In this document: piece by piece, positions 62,076-64,000 of the stretch
Layout of the letters: each line of letters begins with the position of its first letter
Position numbering within the stretch: the stretch's first letter is position 1
Source: Methanotrichaceae archaeon
Lineage (GTDB): Archaea > Halobacteriota > Methanosarcinia > Methanotrichales > Methanotrichaceae
Assembly (NCBI GenBank): GCA_963754945.1
Contig: CAVWIG010000021.1
Location: forward strand, 32,001-96,000
Direction of reading: 5' to 3'
DNA: 64,000 nucleotides
Translations under genes and position numbers: made by a program
Notes under the pieces: generated by a model
Database searches by the model: none
What the model was told of the DNA's origin: nothing
Seen by the model: the letters and a program-made list of their open reading frames with translations, nothing else

Positions 62076-62759
62076 TTACTTCACGCCGTAGAATCCAGCC
62101 TGCATACAGGAGTACCAGAGCAGCTCGACAGCGTAAAATCCTATTCCCCTCAGCAAAGAGAGATGTTCTTCGACCGTTATGGGGAAGAACATGGTATCAA
62201 ATCGCCTGATATGGTTCTCGACTGTTTCCAGATCCCTACCCTTCGAAAGCTGAAAACTTTTCCAGCTCCGTTTTCCTATCTCGATCCCTATTTCTGTAAT
62301 TGGCCTGATATTCTCGAAGGTTACATAGGTGCCACCTTGATTAAGTAGGTCATAACATACCTTTGTGACCTTGTTCCTATCTTCTCTTGATAGATAATGA
62401 TGTGATTGGATAGCCGTAATTACATCGGGCCTTCCAATGATCTCCGGGGACAGGTCTTGGGTCGAATTGGGCATCAAGAAGGTTACTCTATCTGACCCGG
62501 ATAGCTTCTTTCTTGCCCCTTCCAGCATCTCGGCAGACGGATCAGCCAGTACGAACTTGGTATCAGGAAAATGTTTCAATGCCCTCTCGACAAACGTGCC
62601 TGTCCCGCAGCCTGTATCCAGCCAAATGGCAGGCTCTGCGTTCATAGCTTTAATTAAGTTGATCGTCTCTTGATGAAACGAATCATAATAGGGCAGAATA
62701 CTGCGAATCTCTTCGTCGTAGTTGGGAAAAAGCATGTACTTGCGTTCTTTTCCAGACAT
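62076..62759 (-). CDS. Class I SAM-dependent methyltransferase
   Basis: WLDTGCGTG, DPSAEML, QSHHYL. Confidence 0.88.
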   Translation of the reverse strand: MSGKERKYMLFPNYDEEIRSILPYYDSFHQETINLIKAMNAEPAIWLDTGCGTGTFVERALKHFPDTKFVLADPSAEMLEGARKKLSGSDRVTFLMPNSTQDLSPEIIGRPDVITAIQSHHYLSREDRNKVTKVCYDLLNQGGTYVTFENIRPITEIGIEIGKRSWKSFQLSKGRDLETVENHIRRFDTMFFPITVEEHLSLLRGIGFYAVELLWYSCMQAGFYGVK

Positions 62760-62891
62760 TTATATTCTCGTATATTCATCCAGATACTCATACTACTGCG
62801 CTCTATTAGATAGAAGACCTAATGAACAGATAGAATCAGATGCATAACCTTCGAGTACGAAAAAGGTGAAACTAAAGAGGCAATCTAATTC

Positions 62892-63416
62892 ATGAAGCGG
62901 TATCTAGCCCTAGTCTCGGTTCTGGTATTGACTCTGATTCTTCCTACGTTTGCCGAGATGGAAAGCCAAAAATGTGGGCCATATTTGGTCACGTTCAACC
63001 AGACCACAATTGGGAAAATGAACTTTTCCGAGCTGAAGCCGGTATATTACAATAACAATGTCTTATACGGTCTACGTCTAAGCAACCGAAATGGGAATGG
63101 GTGTGGATTGATCGGGATCTGCACATTCTATCAGCCTGCTCCACCATACATCAGCCTTGATAACCTTGCATCATTTGACGAAGCCTCTTATAAAAACATG
63201 ACTTACAGCCGTATAACAAGAAATCAAAGAACAATTGATGGTCATTTAGGCTTTGTGGTCACAGGCGTCGATTTATTGGGGCATCTAAACTGGATCGCTG
63301 GTTACTGGATTGCTAACGGCAATACGGAGGTCGAAGTGCAAGGCAATCGTGACTGGAAAATGAAAGATGTCTCAGCTATGTTGGAGTCGATCCATATTAA
63401 GCGGGTGGGATTTTGA
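62892..63416 (+). CDS. Secreted hypothetical protein
   Basis: Signal peptide; GPYLVTF, TIDGHLG, MLESIHI. Confidence 0.6.
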   Translation: MKRYLALVSVLVLTLILPTFAEMESQKCGPYLVTFNQTTIGKMNFSELKPVYYNNNVLYGLRLSNRNGNGCGLIGICTFYQPAPPYISLDNLASFDEASYKNMTYSRITRNQRTIDGHLGFVVTGVDLLGHLNWIAGYWIANGNTEVEVQGNRDWKMKDVSAMLESIHIKRVGF

Positions 63417-63599
63417 GCACCAATAAGATTGATATTTGCACAACATCCAGAGCACAGATTAGTCAGATTGATCCTGATGAAAACGCCTCCAGGGTGGTCT
63501 GGCTATTCTGCGCTCTCGAACATGCTTCGGATAGCCCTAGGGCCTTAACATTAAATGGACCAGCTCCTATCACTTTCAAAGCCAAGCATAGACAATAAT

Positions 63600-63661
63600 A
63601 AAAGGGATGGCCGGGTCAGTCATGAAGGGAGTATGGGGTAAGACCGTCTCCCGGCCCAGTC
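63600..63661 (-). ncRNA. Candidate hairpin sRNA with C-rich loop
   Basis: TTTTTAA promoter-like at 63681-63687; GGCCGGG/CCCGGCC stem; loop CCCCAUACUCCCUUC; U-tract end. Confidence 0.5.
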
Positions 63662-63715
63662 TATTCATTTATAGTAGTAGTTAAAAAGGATCACCCGCGC
63701 GTTGCGCAAGTGATT

Positions 63716-63924
63716 TCAAGGGGCCTTCTTCAAATCTTCTTTCATCTGAATATATTGCTCTCTGGTAAGCTCTCCCTTTGCGTATCTTTCAGACAGAATA
63801 TCCTCTGCGCTTCTGATAACGGGCCTGATTGTTGCAAGGATCTTCTCACTCTTGATCAGCTTGCAAATAAGATAGCCGCTACTATTACGATTATCGGCCA
63901 AAATAGGCTCATTCCAATTCCCAT
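63716..63924 (-). pseudogene. SHOCT-domain small membrane protein, frameshifted
   Basis: MGIGMSLFWPIIVIV in one frame; SAEDILSERYAKGELTREQY in another. Confidence 0.6.
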
Positions 63925-64000
63925 AAGGGGATAACAATGAAACAAATGGTATTTGTCCTCTTGTTCTAATTATCGACTTTTAGTGAACCTATACTATACT

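Overview
Archaeal chromosome segment from a methanogen of the Methanosarcinia, most consistent with Methanothrix/Methanosaeta (inferred from MC1, cfbBC, DUF1608 S-layer domains, a FilR1-like regulator and artA-psd-pssA). Core blocks: wecB, endA, spt5-rpl11-rpl1-rpl10-rpl12 with an L1-binding leader, ahcY, cfbCB, glgP, purP, gpmI, pcm, artA-psd-pssA-mptD and moaA. Mobile DNA: the right end of an element integrated at tRNA-Leu(TAG) (tyrosine integrase plus a 3' tRNA fragment), an IS200-type tnpA with stacked hairpin ends, two inverted IS5 copies (one carrying a nested ~120-bp MITE), IS630, IS701 and IS256. A toxin-antitoxin hotspot lies between duplicated 3' ends of a symporter gene. The most novel-looking signals are an unannotated, promoter-preceded, extensively base-paired ~190-nt RNA-like locus at ~40.23-40.42 kb, two smaller sRNA candidates, a decayed acidic tail of uL10/P0, and divergent enzyme paralogues (GAPDH-like, tandem SIS/PHI-like, HisB-like). 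Many single-base frameshifts, often in homopolymers and including normally essential genes, suggest assembly indel errors. All calls are by eye; no database searches were run.
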